In this document: piece by piece, positions 20,082-31,083 of the stretch | Layout: every line of letters begins with the position of its first letter | How positions within the stretch are numbered: the first letter of the stretch is position 1 | From: an uncultured Arcobacter sp. | GTDB taxonomy: Bacteria > Campylobacterota > Campylobacteria > Campylobacterales > Arcobacteraceae | Length of the DNA stretch: 64,000 nucleotides | Assembly (NCBI GenBank): GCA_965140705.1 | Contig: OZ223302.1 | Coordinates: forward strand, 160,001-224,000 | Reading direction: 5' to 3' | Position numbers and translations under genes: made by a program | Notes under the pieces: generated by a model | Databases searched by the model: none | What the model was told of the DNA's origin: nothing | The model's input: only the letters and a program-made list of their open reading frames with translations

Positions 20082-21096
20082 TTTTAGCACCTAAATAAAA
20101 ATCTTTATACCAAGCTACAAATTCTTTTATTCCATCAGCTAAATTTGTATCTGGTTTATATCCAAAGTCCTGCATCAAGTCACTTACATCAGCAAAAGTT
20201 GATACGACATCTCCATCTTGCATTGAGATGAAATTTTTAGTTGCCTGTTTTCCAATAGCAGTTTCAATAGTTTTAATAAAATCGAGAAGTTGAACAGGAA
20301 AATTATTCCCTATATTATATATTTTAAAAGGTGGAGTTCCATAAGTTGGATTATCAATAACTTTTATTATACCACCAATAATATCATCAATATAAGTAAA
20401 ATCTCTACTCATATTTCCATTATTAAATACATTAATTGCTCTATCATTTAATATTGCATCTGTAAAAAGCATTGGTGCCATATCTGGTCTTCCCCAAGGT
20501 CCATACACTGTAAAAAATCTTAACCCAGTTGTTTGAATACCATAAAGATGAGAATAGGTATGTGCCATTAGCTCATTTGATTTTTTTGTAGCTGCATACA
20601 AACTAACAGGAGTATCTGTTTTATCTGTAGTTTTAAAAGGTTGTGAAGTATTTGTTCCATAGACAGAAGAGGAAGAAGCATAACACAAATTTTTTACTTC
20701 AAAATTTCTACAAGCTTCTAATATATTCATGAACCCTACAACATTACTTTCAATATAAGCGTGAGGATTTTCTATTGAGTATCTAACACCTGCTTGAGCA
20801 GCTAAGTTACATACTGCATCAAATTCTTCTATTTTAAAAAGTTTATTTATAGATCCACTATCTTCTAAATTAACTTTTATAAATTTGTGTTTTGGAAAGT
20901 TATTACTAACTACAAATTTATTATCTAATATTAAGTCTTTTTCAATTCCCAATTCACTTAATCTTGCATATTTTAAATTAACATCATAGTAATCATTTAT
21001 ATTATCTAACCCTACAACTTCATTTCCTCTTTCAAGAAGTTTTTTTGCAAGATGATATCCTATAAAACCAGCTGTTCCTGTCACTAATATTTTCAA
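20074..21096 (-). CDS. UDP-glucuronate 4-epimerase
   Basis: TGTAGFIG, LAAQAGVRYS, YAATK, GPWGRPDMA. Confidence 0.9.
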   Translation of the reverse strand: MKILVTGTAGFIGYHLAKKLLERGNEVVGLDNINDYYDVNLKYARLSELGIEKDLILDNKFVVSNNFPKHKFIKVNLEDSGSINKLFKIEEFDAVCNLAAQAGVRYSIENPHAYIESNVVGFMNILEACRNFEVKNLCYASSSSVYGTNTSQPFKTTDKTDTPVSLYAATKKSNELMAHTYSHLYGIQTTGLRFFTVYGPWGRPDMAPMLFTDAILNDRAINVFNNGNMSRDFTYIDDIIGGIIKVIDNPTYGTPPFKIYNIGNNFPVQLLDFIKTIETAIGKQATKNFISMQDGDVVSTFADVSDLMQDFGYKPDTNLADGIKEFVAWYKDFYLGAKND

Positions 21097-21105
21097 TTCT
21101 ATTTC

Positions 21106-22275
21106 CTAACTATCACTATTAAATATATCTCTTGTATAAACTTTGTCTTTTATATCAAGTATCTCTTCACTCAATCTATTTGCTACAATTACATCAGAAA
21201 TATTTTTAAACTCCTCTAAACTTTTAACTACTCTTGAATTAAAAAACTGATCTTCACTTATAACTGGTTCATATACAACTACTTCTATACCTTTTGCTTT
21301 GATTCTTTTCATTATTCCTTGAATAGCTGAACTTCTGAAATTATCACTTCCTGATTTCATCACAAGTCTATATATTCCAACTATTTTTGGCTTTTTTGCT
21401 AAAATTGAGTCTGCTATAAAATCTTTTCTTGTACTGTTTGATTCTACTATTGCATTGATTAAATTTGATGGCACATCAGCATAATTTGCTCTAAGTTGCT
21501 TAGTGTCTTTTGGTAAACAATACCCTCCGTAACCAAAGCTTGGGTTGTTGTAATGTGTTCCAATTCTTGGATCTAATCCAACACCTTCTATTATCTGTCT
21601 TGTATTTAAATTATGAGATTGGGCATAAGAATCTAGCTCATTAAAATATGCAACTCTCATGGCTAAATATGTATTTGCAAATAGTTTTATAGCTTCTGCT
21701 TCAGTTGAGTCAGTAAAAAGGATATCGATATTCTCTTTTATTGCACCTTGTGCTAAAAGATTTGCAAATATTGTTGCTCTTTCACTTTTTTCTCCAACAA
21801 TTATTCTTGAGGGATATAAATTATCATATAAAGCAAGTCCTTCTCTTAAGAATTCTGGTGAAAATATGATATTATCAGTTTTGAATTTTTCTCTTAGAAT
21901 TTTTGTATAACCAACAGGAATAGTTGATTTGATTACCATTGTAGTATTTGGATTTATATTTAATACATCTGTAATAACATATTCTATTGATTTTGTATTA
22001 AAATAATTAGTTTCTGGATCATAATCTGTTGGCGTTGCAATAATTACATAATCAGCATCTTCATATGCTTCTTCTTTATCTAAAGTTGCAGTAAAATTTA
22101 AATCATCTATTTTCAAATACTTTTCTATCTCTTTATCTTCTATAGGAGATATTTTTTTCTTTAACATTTCAACTTTTTCAGGAATAATATCTAAAGCAAC
22201 TACTTCATTGTGTTGTGATAATAAAATACCATTTGATAAACCAACATATCCTGTACCAGCTATTGCTATCTTCAT
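21106..22275 (-). CDS. ugd: UDP-glucose 6-dehydrogenase
   Basis: [25 protein letters not shown]. Confidence 0.95.
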   Translation of the reverse strand: MKIAIAGTGYVGLSNGILLSQHNEVVALDIIPEKVEMLKKKISPIEDKEIEKYLKIDDLNFTATLDKEEAYEDADYVIIATPTDYDPETNYFNTKSIEYVITDVLNINPNTTMVIKSTIPVGYTKILREKFKTDNIIFSPEFLREGLALYDNLYPSRIIVGEKSERATIFANLLAQGAIKENIDILFTDSTEAEAIKLFANTYLAMRVAYFNELDSYAQSHNLNTRQIIEGVGLDPRIGTHYNNPSFGYGGYCLPKDTKQLRANYADVPSNLINAIVESNSTRKDFIADSILAKKPKIVGIYRLVMKSGSDNFRSSAIQGIMKRIKAKGIEVVVYEPVISEDQFFNSRVVKSLEEFKNISDVIVANRLSEEILDIKDKVYTRDIFNSDS

Positions 22276-22856
22276 TTGACCTTTTCCTCTTTTCTCATTC
22301 CCCTAATAAACTCTATAAAAAATACTAAAAATATTGATAAAATAAATCCTGTAACAAAAGCAACTGTTACAATTATTTTCTTTTTGGGTTTATTTATAGG
22401 ACTATCATCTACTGTTATACTCCCCATCATTTTTGTTGGAATATACTTAGTATACATTTTTAATTTTTGTTCTTGTTTTTTAAGTAATGTTTCATATAAT
22501 CTTTTTATTCTTGATTCAATTTTATCTTTATTTGTATTTCTAATAATAATCTTAATTAAGTTTGTTGTTCCTAACGGGATATCAATTTCTGATTCTGATT
22601 CTGATTCTAAAATATACTTTAAGTTAGATGGTTTATCTAGAGGAATTAATCCTTTATTTGAATTTATTTGAGCAACTTCAACTAAAACTGAACCTTTATA
22701 AACAGGTACAGGATTTTTAAATATTACAACATAAAATATAGATAATACTGTAATTATAAATGTACAGGTAAGTACAAAAAATTTATATCTCCAAATAGTT
22801 GAAAACAGTTCTCTTAAATCTATTTCATCTTCTTGTAGTTGATTATTTTGTACCAA
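22272..22856 (-). CDS. wzz: Short Wzz-like chain-length determinant
   Basis: [11 protein letters not shown]-terminus, two TM helices, PINKPKK before TM2. Confidence 0.8.
   Translation of the reverse strand: MVQNNQLQEDEIDLRELFSTIWRYKFFVLTCTFIITVLSIFYVVIFKNPVPVYKGSVLVEVAQINSNKGLIPLDKPSNLKYILESESESEIDIPLGTTNLIKIIIRNTNKDKIESRIKRLYETLLKKQEQKLKMYTKYIPTKMMGSITVDDSPINKPKKKIIVTVAFVTGFILSIFLVFFIEFIRGMRKEEKVK
22587..22608. repeat. In-frame hexamer microsatellite (TTCTGA)x3.7
   Basis: Encodes ESESESE in wzz. Confidence 0.8.
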
Positions 22857-23883
22857 TATTTTCTCCTAATCTATTTTCCCACTCATATGCACTTTTACAT
22901 ATCAATTCTAGATCTTCATATTTAGGTGCCCATGACATTTTTGATTTTATTTTTCTATTATCTGAAATCAAAGTTACTGGATCACCAGCTCTTCTTGAAG
23001 CAATTTCAACTTTAAAATCTACTTTTGTAGACTCTTTAACAGTCTCTATCACTTCTTTTACAGAATAACCTTTTCCATATCCTGCATTAAAAATATCACT
23101 TGGATTATTTTCTAAATATTTTATTGCTTTGATATGTGCATTTGCTAAGTCATCCACATGGATATAATCTCGAACTCCTGTCCCATCTTTAGTATCAAAA
23201 TCGTTACCAAATATAGACATTTTTTTTCTTTTTCCTATGGCACACTCACTTGCAATTTTTATAAGATGTGTTGCATTTGGGAAACTTTGTCCTATTCTTG
23301 GAGTTAAATTATTATTTTCATAATTTATATCAGCTCCTGCCACATTAAAATATCTAAATATTACATATTTAAAATCACTATTGACACTTGCAGTATCTTG
23401 TAAAATTTTTTCACTTATAAGTTTACTCATACCGTATGGGTTTATTGGATTCGTGGGATAAGTTTCGTCTACTCCAGTATCTGGAATATTTGGAGGTTCA
23501 CCATATACAGCTGCCGTGCTTGAAAATATAAACTTTTTTACGCCATTTTCAACTGCACATTTGATTAGGTTTGTGGTATTAACTGTATTATTCATATAAT
23601 ATTTTAAAGGGTTTTCAACTGATTCAGGTACTACAATACTTGCTGCAAAATGGATAATTGTATTTATATTATTTTCTTTTAGGATCTCATTTATTTTATC
23701 AAACTCTTTTAAATCTAGCTCAATAAATTTAAACTCTCTTATTTTCTTTAAGGTATCAAGTGTTTTTATACTACCTGTTGAAAGATTATCAAGTATTATT
23801 ATATTGTAAGTTGTAGTTTCTAGTAATTGTTTTGCGACATGGCTTCCAATATATCCTGCGCCACCTGTTATTAATATATTCAA
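22843..23883 (-). CDS. galE: UDP-glucose 4-epimerase
   Basis: TGGAGYIGSH, YGMSK, RYFNVAGA, RDYIHV. Confidence 0.95.
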   Translation of the reverse strand: MNILITGGAGYIGSHVAKQLLETTTYNIIILDNLSTGSIKTLDTLKKIREFKFIELDLKEFDKINEILKENNINTIIHFAASIVVPESVENPLKYYMNNTVNTTNLIKCAVENGVKKFIFSSTAAVYGEPPNIPDTGVDETYPTNPINPYGMSKLISEKILQDTASVNSDFKYVIFRYFNVAGADINYENNNLTPRIGQSFPNATHLIKIASECAIGKRKKMSIFGNDFDTKDGTGVRDYIHVDDLANAHIKAIKYLENNPSDIFNAGYGKGYSVKEVIETVKESTKVDFKVEIASRRAGDPVTLISDNRKIKSKMSWAPKYEDLELICKSAYEWENRLGENIGTK

Positions 23884-23915
23884 ATTCTATCCAATACTCT
23901 TAAATTTCGGTGTTG

Positions 23916-23921
23916 ATTATA
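23916..23921 (-). promoter_or_regulatory. -10 box of the glycan operon
   Basis: TATAAT about 30 nt upstream of the galE start. Confidence 0.55.
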
Positions 23922-24083
23922 TCGAATAGTATCTTTAATTTGTATTTAAATTGTTAATGAAAAGTTACAAAAAATATTTGATTTTGATAATTATTATGTT
24001 TAATGTAAAGACTAAGTATATTGATAATTCAGTTCCCTGCTTCTAACATTTAAATATAGTTTTGAAGTTTGTTTAGGTCAAAG

Positions 24084-24159
24084 TGGAGGAGGTAGCCGGA
24101 CTCGAACCGACGCATGGTGGATTTGCAATCCACGGCATTACCAACTTTGCTATACCTCC
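24084..24159 (-). tRNA. tRNA-Cys (GCA)
   Basis: Cloverleaf, anticodon arm GTGGA-TTGCAAA-TCCAC, GGTTCGA T-loop, CCA end. Confidence 0.95.
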
Positions 24160-24204
24160 AGCAAAAATCATTTTACACATAAGAAGAAAATGATTAATTG
24201 TAAG

Positions 24205-24293
24205 TGGCAGAGAGCAAGGGATTCGAACCCTCGGAGGCGTGAACCTCGCCGGTTTTCAAAACCGGTCCATTCGACCAACTCTGGCAACTCTCT
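24205..24293 (-). tRNA. tRNA-Ser (TGA)
   Basis: CCGGT-TTTGAAA-ACCGG, long variable arm, GCCA end. Confidence 0.95.
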
Positions 24294-24309
24294 AACATTT
24301 ATATAATAG

Positions 24310-24396
24310 TGGTGCGAATGGTCGGAATCGAACCGACACTCCGAAACCGGAATGGGATTTTAAGTCCCACGCGTCTACCTATTCCGCCACACTCGC
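24310..24396 (-). tRNA. tRNA-Leu (TAA)
   Basis: GGGA-CTTAAAA-TCCC, long variable arm, ACCA end. Confidence 0.95.
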
Positions 24397-24442
24397 ACTA
24401 TTTGGTAGATTCAAAGAATGTTATTTCTTAAAATGGAGTGGA

Positions 24443-24471
24443 ATTATATTAAAAAAAATATTCTTTGTCAA
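24443..24471 (-). promoter_or_regulatory. Consensus sigma70 promoter of the tRNA operon
   Basis: TTGACA (24471-24466), 17-bp spacer, TATAAT (24448-24443). Confidence 0.85.
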
Positions 24472-24500
24472 TAGTTTTTAATTTTATTTTCCAAATTTTT

Positions 24501-24509
24501 TGATATAAT
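24501..24509 (+). promoter_or_regulatory. Extended -10 promoter of ilvD
   Basis: TGATATAAT, followed by an AAGGA RBS. Confidence 0.65.
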
Positions 24510-24538
24510 CATTCGATATACAAATACGAAGGATTTAT

Positions 24539-26227
24539 ATGAGAAGTGATGAAGTAAAAAAAGGTTATGACAGAGCACCTCATCGATCATTATTTAGAGC
24601 TACAGGACTAAAAGATGATGATTTTGGTAAGCCATTTATTGGAGTTGCAAACTCTTTCATTGAAATTATTCCTGGACATTTTTTTCTAAACAAAGTTGCA
24701 GAGATAATAAAAGAAGAGATAAGAGCAAATGGCTGTGTTCCATTTGAATTTAATACAATTGGTGTGGATGATGGTATTGCTATGGGGCACGATGGTATGT
24801 TATTTTCATTACCTTCAAGGGAATTAATAGCAAACTCTATTGAAACAGTTATGAATGCACACAAACTAGATGCAATGATTGCAATTCCAAACTGTGATAA
24901 AATTGTTCCAGGTATGATTATGGGGGCTATTAGAGTTGATGTTCCTACTGTTTTTGTAAGTGGTGGTCCAATGGCTAAAGGTCATACAAAAGATGGTGTA
25001 CCTATTGACTTAGCAACTGCTTTTGAGGCTGTTGGTAAATTTGAAAAAGGTGATATTACAGAAGAAGAACTTACAGATATCGAATGTAATGCCTGTCCAA
25101 GTGGTGGTTCATGTTCTGGTATGTTTACAGCAAACTCTATGAATACTCTTATGGAAGCTATGGGAATCGCTCTTCCAGGAAATGGGACAATCTTAGCTTT
25201 AACTCCTGAGAGAGAAGAACTTTACAGAAAAGCTGCAAGAAGAGTTTGTGAAATTGCTAAAGATAATGAATCAAGAGAAAAATTCAAACTATCAAATATC
25301 CTAAATGAAAATGCAGTTAGAAATGCCTTTGCAGTTGATATGGCTATGGGTGGAAGTTCAAATACTGTTTTACATATGTTAGCTATTGCAAAAGAAGCTG
25401 GTGTTAATTTTGAACTAAGTGATATTAATGCTATTTCTAAAAAGGTTTCTCACATAGCTAAAATCTCTCCATCTTTATCTACTGTTCACATGGAAGATAT
25501 TAACAAAGCTGGTGGAGTAAATGCGGTTATGAAAGAGATGACTAAAAGGGGTGAAGATATTTTAATAGATAACTTAACTATCTCTGGTGAAACTCTTTAT
25601 GAAAAAATAGCTGATGCTTACATAAAAGATACAAATGTTATCCATACAATTGATAATCCATATTCTCAAGTTGGTGGATTGGCTATTTTATATGGTAACT
25701 TAGCAGAACAAGGTGCTGTTATTAAAACTGCTGGTATTACAGGGGCTAGAGCCTTGACTGGGAAAGCGGTTTGTTTTGATGGACAACCAGAAGCAATTGC
25801 AGGTATTTTAGGTGGAAAAGTAAAAGCTGGTGATGTTGTAGTTATCAGATATGAAGGTCCTAAAGGTGGTCCGGGTATGCAAGAGATGCTTGCCCCTACA
25901 AGTCTAATCATGGGAATGGGTCTTGGAGATAAAGTTGCACTTATTACTGATGGAAGATTTTCAGGAGCTACAAGAGGTGCAAGTATTGGACATGTAAGTC
26001 CAGAAGCAGCAGAAGGTGGAATGATTGGCTTACTAAAAGATGGTGATGAAATTCATATTGATGTTGACCAATACATTTTAGAAGTACATTTATCTGATGA
26101 AGAAATAGCTAAAAGAAAAGCAGAATTTACACCACTTAAAAAACCATTAAAATCAAAATGGTTAGGACAATACAGAGCTCTTGTAACAAATGCAAGTAGT
26201 GGTGCAGTTTTAAAAACTGACCTTTAA
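24539..26227 (+). CDS. ilvD: Dihydroxy-acid dehydratase
   Basis: [35 protein letters not shown]. Confidence 0.97.
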   Translation: MRSDEVKKGYDRAPHRSLFRATGLKDDDFGKPFIGVANSFIEIIPGHFFLNKVAEIIKEEIRANGCVPFEFNTIGVDDGIAMGHDGMLFSLPSRELIANSIETVMNAHKLDAMIAIPNCDKIVPGMIMGAIRVDVPTVFVSGGPMAKGHTKDGVPIDLATAFEAVGKFEKGDITEEELTDIECNACPSGGSCSGMFTANSMNTLMEAMGIALPGNGTILALTPEREELYRKAARRVCEIAKDNESREKFKLSNILNENAVRNAFAVDMAMGGSSNTVLHMLAIAKEAGVNFELSDINAISKKVSHIAKISPSLSTVHMEDINKAGGVNAVMKEMTKRGEDILIDNLTISGETLYEKIADAYIKDTNVIHTIDNPYSQVGGLAILYGNLAEQGAVIKTAGITGARALTGKAVCFDGQPEAIAGILGGKVKAGDVVVIRYEGPKGGPGMQEMLAPTSLIMGMGLGDKVALITDGRFSGATRGASIGHVSPEAAEGGMIGLLKDGDEIHIDVDQYILEVHLSDEEIAKRKAEFTPLKKPLKSKWLGQYRALVTNASSGAVLKTDL

Positions 26228-26255
26228 TAAATTGTGGGTAAGCCCACGATTTATT
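26226..26255 (+). terminator. Hairpin after ilvD
   Basis: AATAAATTGTGGG-taag-CCCACGATTTATT. Confidence 0.65.
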
Positions 26256-26338
26256 AACAAATATTAATCAATCTATTAATTTTTCATTTACGCAGACCAA
26301 ATAAAATTTCATTATAAATAAATTTGAAAAGGATTCAC

Positions 26339-27781
26339 ATGAAAATAAAAAATGTTTTAATTTTTAATCAAAAATTATTAATCATTACATCCTTACTTGC
26401 TGTAAATATGTTTGCAAAGAGTATTGATTTTGATATGGCACCACAAAATCCACAAAGAGTAGCTCCTAATAAGATGAGTCAAATTTTATCATTTAATGAT
26501 TCAATTAAAAATGCTATGCTTTCAGTGGTAAATATTTCTACAAAAACCCACATGAGTAATCAAGACGGGAATGTTCCAATGGAAATGTTCAATGATCCTT
26601 TGTTTAGAAGGTTTTTTGGAGATCAATTTGGGAACCAATTTAAACAAAACAAAATCCAAAGAGCCCTTGGGTCTGGTGTAATTGTTTCAAAAGATGGTTA
26701 TATTATTACAAATAATCATGTAGTTGAAAATGCAGATGAAATAACAGTAACCCTATCAGGTGATACTACAGAATATACTGCAAAAGTAATAGGTAAAGAC
26801 GCAGATTCAGATTTAGCAGTTATAAAAATCAATGCTAAAAATCTAACTCCTATAAAACTAGCAAATGCTGATGATTTAAAAGTTGGTGATGTAACTTTTG
26901 CCATTGGTAATCCATTTGGTATAGGTGAAACTGTAACCCAAGGAATTATTTCAGCACTAAATAAAAATAGAGTTGGAATAAATAGATATGAAAACTTCAT
27001 TCAAACTGATGCCTCAATAAACCCAGGAAATTCTGGTGGTGCCTTAGTTGATAGTAGAGGTGCCCTTATAGGTATCAATAGTGCAATTATCACAAGAAGT
27101 GGTGGTAATAATGGTATTGGTTTTGCAATTCCTATTAATATGGTAAAAGAAGTAGCTACAAAACTTGTGGAAGAAGGAAAAGTTACTCGTGGTTATTTAG
27201 GTGTTGTTATTAATGACTTAACAAAAGAGTCAGCAAAAGTTTATAACCACAAAAGTGGAGCACTAATTTTAGAAGTTGGAAGAGATACCCCAGCAGCTAA
27301 ATATGGTCTAAAAAGAGGTGATTTAATTTATGCAATTAATAATAAACCTATCAAAGATAGAGCTGCCTTGCAAAATACTATTGCAAGTTTTAAACCAAAT
27401 GCTAAAATTGTAATCCAATTAGAAAGAGATAAAAAAGATATAGTTATAAATGCCCAATTAGGTAATAGAGATGGTTTAATTATAAGTGAATCAGTTAATG
27501 GAACTATTCTAGGTGGCTTACAACTAAGTGATTTAGATACAAATATCATAGACAGATTTAGACTTCCTAGAAATATAACAGGTGTTTTAGTTACAAATGT
27601 GAAACCAAAATCTGATGCTGAAAAAGTTGGTTTTCAAGCTGGTGATGTTATTATACAAATTGAAGATATTACAATTAATAGATTTTCAGATGTACAAGAA
27701 GCATTAAGAAAATATAATAACAAATATAAAAGAGTTTATGTAAATAGACAAGGACAAACTATTTTATTAGTTATTAAATAA
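26339..27781 (+). CDS. htrA: HtrA/DegP serine protease with two PDZ domains (start ATG 26339)
   Basis: TNNHVV, DLAV, INPGNSGGAL. Confidence 0.95.
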   Translation: MKIKNVLIFNQKLLIITSLLAVNMFAKSIDFDMAPQNPQRVAPNKMSQILSFNDSIKNAMLSVVNISTKTHMSNQDGNVPMEMFNDPLFRRFFGDQFGNQFKQNKIQRALGSGVIVSKDGYIITNNHVVENADEITVTLSGDTTEYTAKVIGKDADSDLAVIKINAKNLTPIKLANADDLKVGDVTFAIGNPFGIGETVTQGIISALNKNRVGINRYENFIQTDASINPGNSGGALVDSRGALIGINSAIITRSGGNNGIGFAIPINMVKEVATKLVEEGKVTRGYLGVVINDLTKESAKVYNHKSGALILEVGRDTPAAKYGLKRGDLIYAINNKPIKDRAALQNTIASFKPNAKIVIQLERDKKDIVINAQLGNRDGLIISESVNGTILGGLQLSDLDTNIIDRFRLPRNITGVLVTNVKPKSDAEKVGFQAGDVIIQIEDITINRFSDVQEALRKYNNKYKRVYVNRQGQTILLVIK

Positions 27782-27791
27782 AGGACTTACC

Positions 27792-28466
27792 ATAATAAAA
27801 GTATTAATGATAGAAGATGATTTAGAATTAGCTGAAATCATCACAAACTATTTAAAACCCTTTGACATAGAAGTTACAAATACAGATAGCCCATATACAG
27901 GGCTATCTATGATTAAAACAGATTCAAGTTATAAACTTCTTATATTAGACTTGACTCTTCCAGAAATTGATGGATTGGAACTTATTCCAAAAATTAGAAC
28001 AACATCAAATATACCAATTATTATATCAAGTGCCAGAGATGATATTCTAGATAAAGTTATGGGTTTAGAAAGAGGTGCAGATGATTATTTGCCAAAGCCT
28101 TATAATCCAAGAGAATTACAAGCTAGAATAAAAGCTATTTTAAAAAGATTAGATATAGAACCAGTAAAAAAACCTCAAAACTCTATTTTCGAACTAAACT
28201 TAGAAAATATGAAAATATTTTTCAAAGATACTCTTTTAGATCTGACAATGGCAGAATTTGATATATTAAAACTACTTATTCAAAGAAAAGGTGGAGTAGT
28301 TGCAAGAGAAGATTTTATTTACGATAGCCTGCACATTGAAGATGATAGTAGTTTAAAAAATATTGATGTAATGATATCAAGAATTAGAAATAAAATAGCA
28401 TTGATAGATAACTCAACCACTTATATAAAATCTGTAAGAGGAATAGGATACCAATTATCTATATGA
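27792..28466 (+). CDS. OmpR-family response regulator (CprR-like); probable ATA start at 27792
   Basis: (I)IKVLMIEDD, LDLTLP, ADDYLPKP, VRGIGY; htrA-regulator-kinase order as in C. jejuni htrA-cprRS. Confidence 0.9.
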   Translation: MIKVLMIEDDLELAEIITNYLKPFDIEVTNTDSPYTGLSMIKTDSSYKLLILDLTLPEIDGLELIPKIRTTSNIPIIISSARDDILDKVMGLERGADDYLPKPYNPRELQARIKAILKRLDIEPVKKPQNSIFELNLENMKIFFKDTLLDLTMAEFDILKLLIQRKGGVVAREDFIYDSLHIEDDSSLKNIDVMISRIRNKIALIDNSTTYIKSVRGIGYQLSI

Positions 28467-29683
28467 AAAATATATCTATAACTGCATTTATAAATACCAT
28501 CTTTGTATTAGCCCTTGCTGCAATTACAACAACATTTTTATTTTTTGTAAAATTAGATAAAGAAAAATCTAACCAAGAGAGACAACAAAGATACAGCATA
28601 ATTGCTAATAGTGTACTAAATAGCTTTGAGCTACAACCTAAAGAAGACCAATTAAGAAAACTATATTCACAGTTTGAAGTAAAACCTATAAAAGATAGAA
28701 TAAAAAAATTAGATATTATAAACAAAGCAAAAGAACTTATGTTCCAAGAGTCTTCTTTAGGAAGAGTAAGGTTTTATGAATACTACAATAAATACTATAT
28801 TTATGTGCAAAAGATGAGCTACAATGTTCTTCTTTTGGATTTAAAATCAAAACCCTATAATAGAAGTATTGCCTTAGTTATATATATATTTGCAGTTGCT
28901 ATTTTTCTATCATTATATTTTGCTATACGAAAAAAATTCATTCCCCTAAGAACACTTGATAAGCAAATACAAAAATTCTCAAGTGGTGACAAGAATATAA
29001 AACTTGACTTCCCAAATAACGATGAAATAGGTAAAATTGCAAAAAGTTTTAACGCTGCAATAAGAAATATAAATAATCTAACAGACTCTAAAAATCTTTT
29101 TATGCGAAATATGATGCATGAACTTAAAACACCTATTACAAAAGCTATGTTCATAGTAGAATCCCTTGATGATAATAAAAATAAAGAGGTTCTAGGAAGA
29201 GCATTTGAAAGAATGAACAATATTATAAAAGAGTTAGCAACAGTTGAAAAACTCTCTTCTAATATGTCTGTTATTTATAAAGAAAATACAACATTTTTTA
29301 GTATATATAAAAGAGCTATGAATATATTACTTATTGATGCAAGTACAATAAGTACCAAAATGAGTAATTTTGATTTAAAAGTTGATATAGCACTATTTTC
29401 AATTACAATAAAAAATCTTATAGACAATGCAATAAAATTTTCTCCAAATCATCATGCAACATTGATAGCCACACAAAAAAGAATAGAAGTTATCTCTAAT
29501 GGTGAAAAACTAAAACATGATTTAAATTATTATACAGAACCTTTTTCACAAGAGGAGAAAAGAAAAGATGGTTTTGGATTAGGTCTATATATAGTAAAAA
29601 CTACCATAGAACTGCATGATTTTAAATTTAAGTATGCTTATGAAAATGGGAAAAATCATTTTATTATTGATATGAGTAAATAA
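28463..29683 (+). CDS. Sensor histidine kinase (CprS/ArsS-like)
   Basis: 2 TM, HAMP, HELKTP, NLIDNAIKF, GFGLGL. Confidence 0.9.
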   Translation: MKNISITAFINTIFVLALAAITTTFLFFVKLDKEKSNQERQQRYSIIANSVLNSFELQPKEDQLRKLYSQFEVKPIKDRIKKLDIINKAKELMFQESSLGRVRFYEYYNKYYIYVQKMSYNVLLLDLKSKPYNRSIALVIYIFAVAIFLSLYFAIRKKFIPLRTLDKQIQKFSSGDKNIKLDFPNNDEIGKIAKSFNAAIRNINNLTDSKNLFMRNMMHELKTPITKAMFIVESLDDNKNKEVLGRAFERMNNIIKELATVEKLSSNMSVIYKENTTFFSIYKRAMNILLIDASTISTKMSNFDLKVDIALFSITIKNLIDNAIKFSPNHHATLIATQKRIEVISNGEKLKHDLNYYTEPFSQEEKRKDGFGLGLYIVKTTIELHDFKFKYAYENGKNHFIIDMSK

Positions 29684-29688
29684 TTTAT

Positions 29689-30966
29689 TTACTCATTTAT
29701 CATTTTGTCTTCAACTCTAAACATTGAAAGATAAGGTAACCTTCCTGGTAACTTTATTTTGTTTGTATTTCCACTGTGTACTGAATCTAATTCTTTACCA
29801 GTTTCAGTTAATATCTTTTTAAAATTAATATAATATAAGCCATCTTTAAAATATATCTTTCCAATATCATTATCAACTTCTTCAATCTTTGTATTTACTG
29901 GAACAAAAATCTCTATATCTTCATTTGGATAAGTTTTATATTTACAATAAAAATGCTCTTCATCTTCAGTAACAAGTCCACTTACCTCATAAGTACCCTT
30001 ACTTAAAGCATACTCATGATTTTGTGAATCTGTTCTTTCAAATGGTCGATGAATCAAATATGCATCAGTAAAGCCTCTATTTTTTGTAGTTGCTAACTCT
30101 TTTTGATATTTTTCTGCTTCAAAATTATTTGCATAAAAGTCATCTATTGCCATTCTATAAGTATAGGCTGTAACTGCTGCATAATAAGGCGACTTAGTTC
30201 TTCCTTCTATTTTTATAGAATCAACTGCTCCACTTTTTAATATTTCATCCACATGACTAGCTAGGTTCATATCTTTTGCATTGAAAATATATGTTCCAAC
30301 TCCTGGTTCTTCTTCAAGTCTGAACATTGTCCCATGATCTTCATTTGCAGCATATAAAGTATACTCAAATCTACAATCATTAGCACAAGATCCTCTATTA
30401 GGTACCCTTCCCATTTGAACAGCACTTACTAAACATCTTCCACTATAGGCAAAACACATAGAACCATGAACAAATATTTCTATTTCCATATCTGGTAAAT
30501 GCTTTTTTATCTCAGTTACATCTTTTAAACTTATTTCCCTAGCTGCAATTATTCTTCTAACACCCATATCGTAATATACTTGGGCATCTAAATAATTCAT
30601 AACATTTGCTTGAGTTGAAAGGTGAATTGGAATATGAGGTGCAATTTCACGACAAAGTCGTACTACTCCAGGAGCAGCTACAATAAAGGCATCAGGCTCT
30701 ACTTCTGCCATTTGAACTATATGTTTTTTTAAAAGTTCAATTTGAGAGTTAAAAGGAAATCCATTTATTGTTGCATAAACTTTTTTGCCCATTGAATGAG
30801 CATAATCAATTCCCTCTTTAAAACTTTCAAAAGTAAATTCTTTCCCTGATCTAATTCTTAAACTAAAGTGACTAACCCCACCATAAACCGCATCTGCACC
30901 ATAGGCAAATGCTATTTTTAATTTTTCTAAATTTCCAGCGGGACTTAATAATTCCACTTTATTCAT
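29689..30966 (-). CDS. Peptidase U32 family protein (TrhP/YegQ-like tRNA hydroxylase)
   Basis: ELLSPAG, HGSMCFAYSGRC, NRGSCANDCR, KIEGR. Confidence 0.9.
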   Translation of the reverse strand: MNKVELLSPAGNLEKLKIAFAYGADAVYGGVSHFSLRIRSGKEFTFESFKEGIDYAHSMGKKVYATINGFPFNSQIELLKKHIVQMAEVEPDAFIVAAPGVVRLCREIAPHIPIHLSTQANVMNYLDAQVYYDMGVRRIIAAREISLKDVTEIKKHLPDMEIEIFVHGSMCFAYSGRCLVSAVQMGRVPNRGSCANDCRFEYTLYAANEDHGTMFRLEEEPGVGTYIFNAKDMNLASHVDEILKSGAVDSIKIEGRTKSPYYAAVTAYTYRMAIDDFYANNFEAEKYQKELATTKNRGFTDAYLIHRPFERTDSQNHEYALSKGTYEVSGLVTEDEEHFYCKYKTYPNEDIEIFVPVNTKIEEVDNDIGKIYFKDGLYYINFKKILTETGKELDSVHSGNTNKIKLPGRLPYLSMFRVEDKMINE

Positions 30967-31083
30967 TAATATTTCCTTGTAATAAACACTATTTTATATT
31001 TTGCGGATTATAACCAAAAAAAAATATTAGAAAGATGAGAAAAAAATATTAAAATTTTGCCTTCAAATGACATAAGAATTTAA

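Noticed and set aside
23884..24159. tRNA-Cys 3' end as an integration site for the glycan locus
   Set aside because: No integrase and no duplicated tRNA end is visible in the window.
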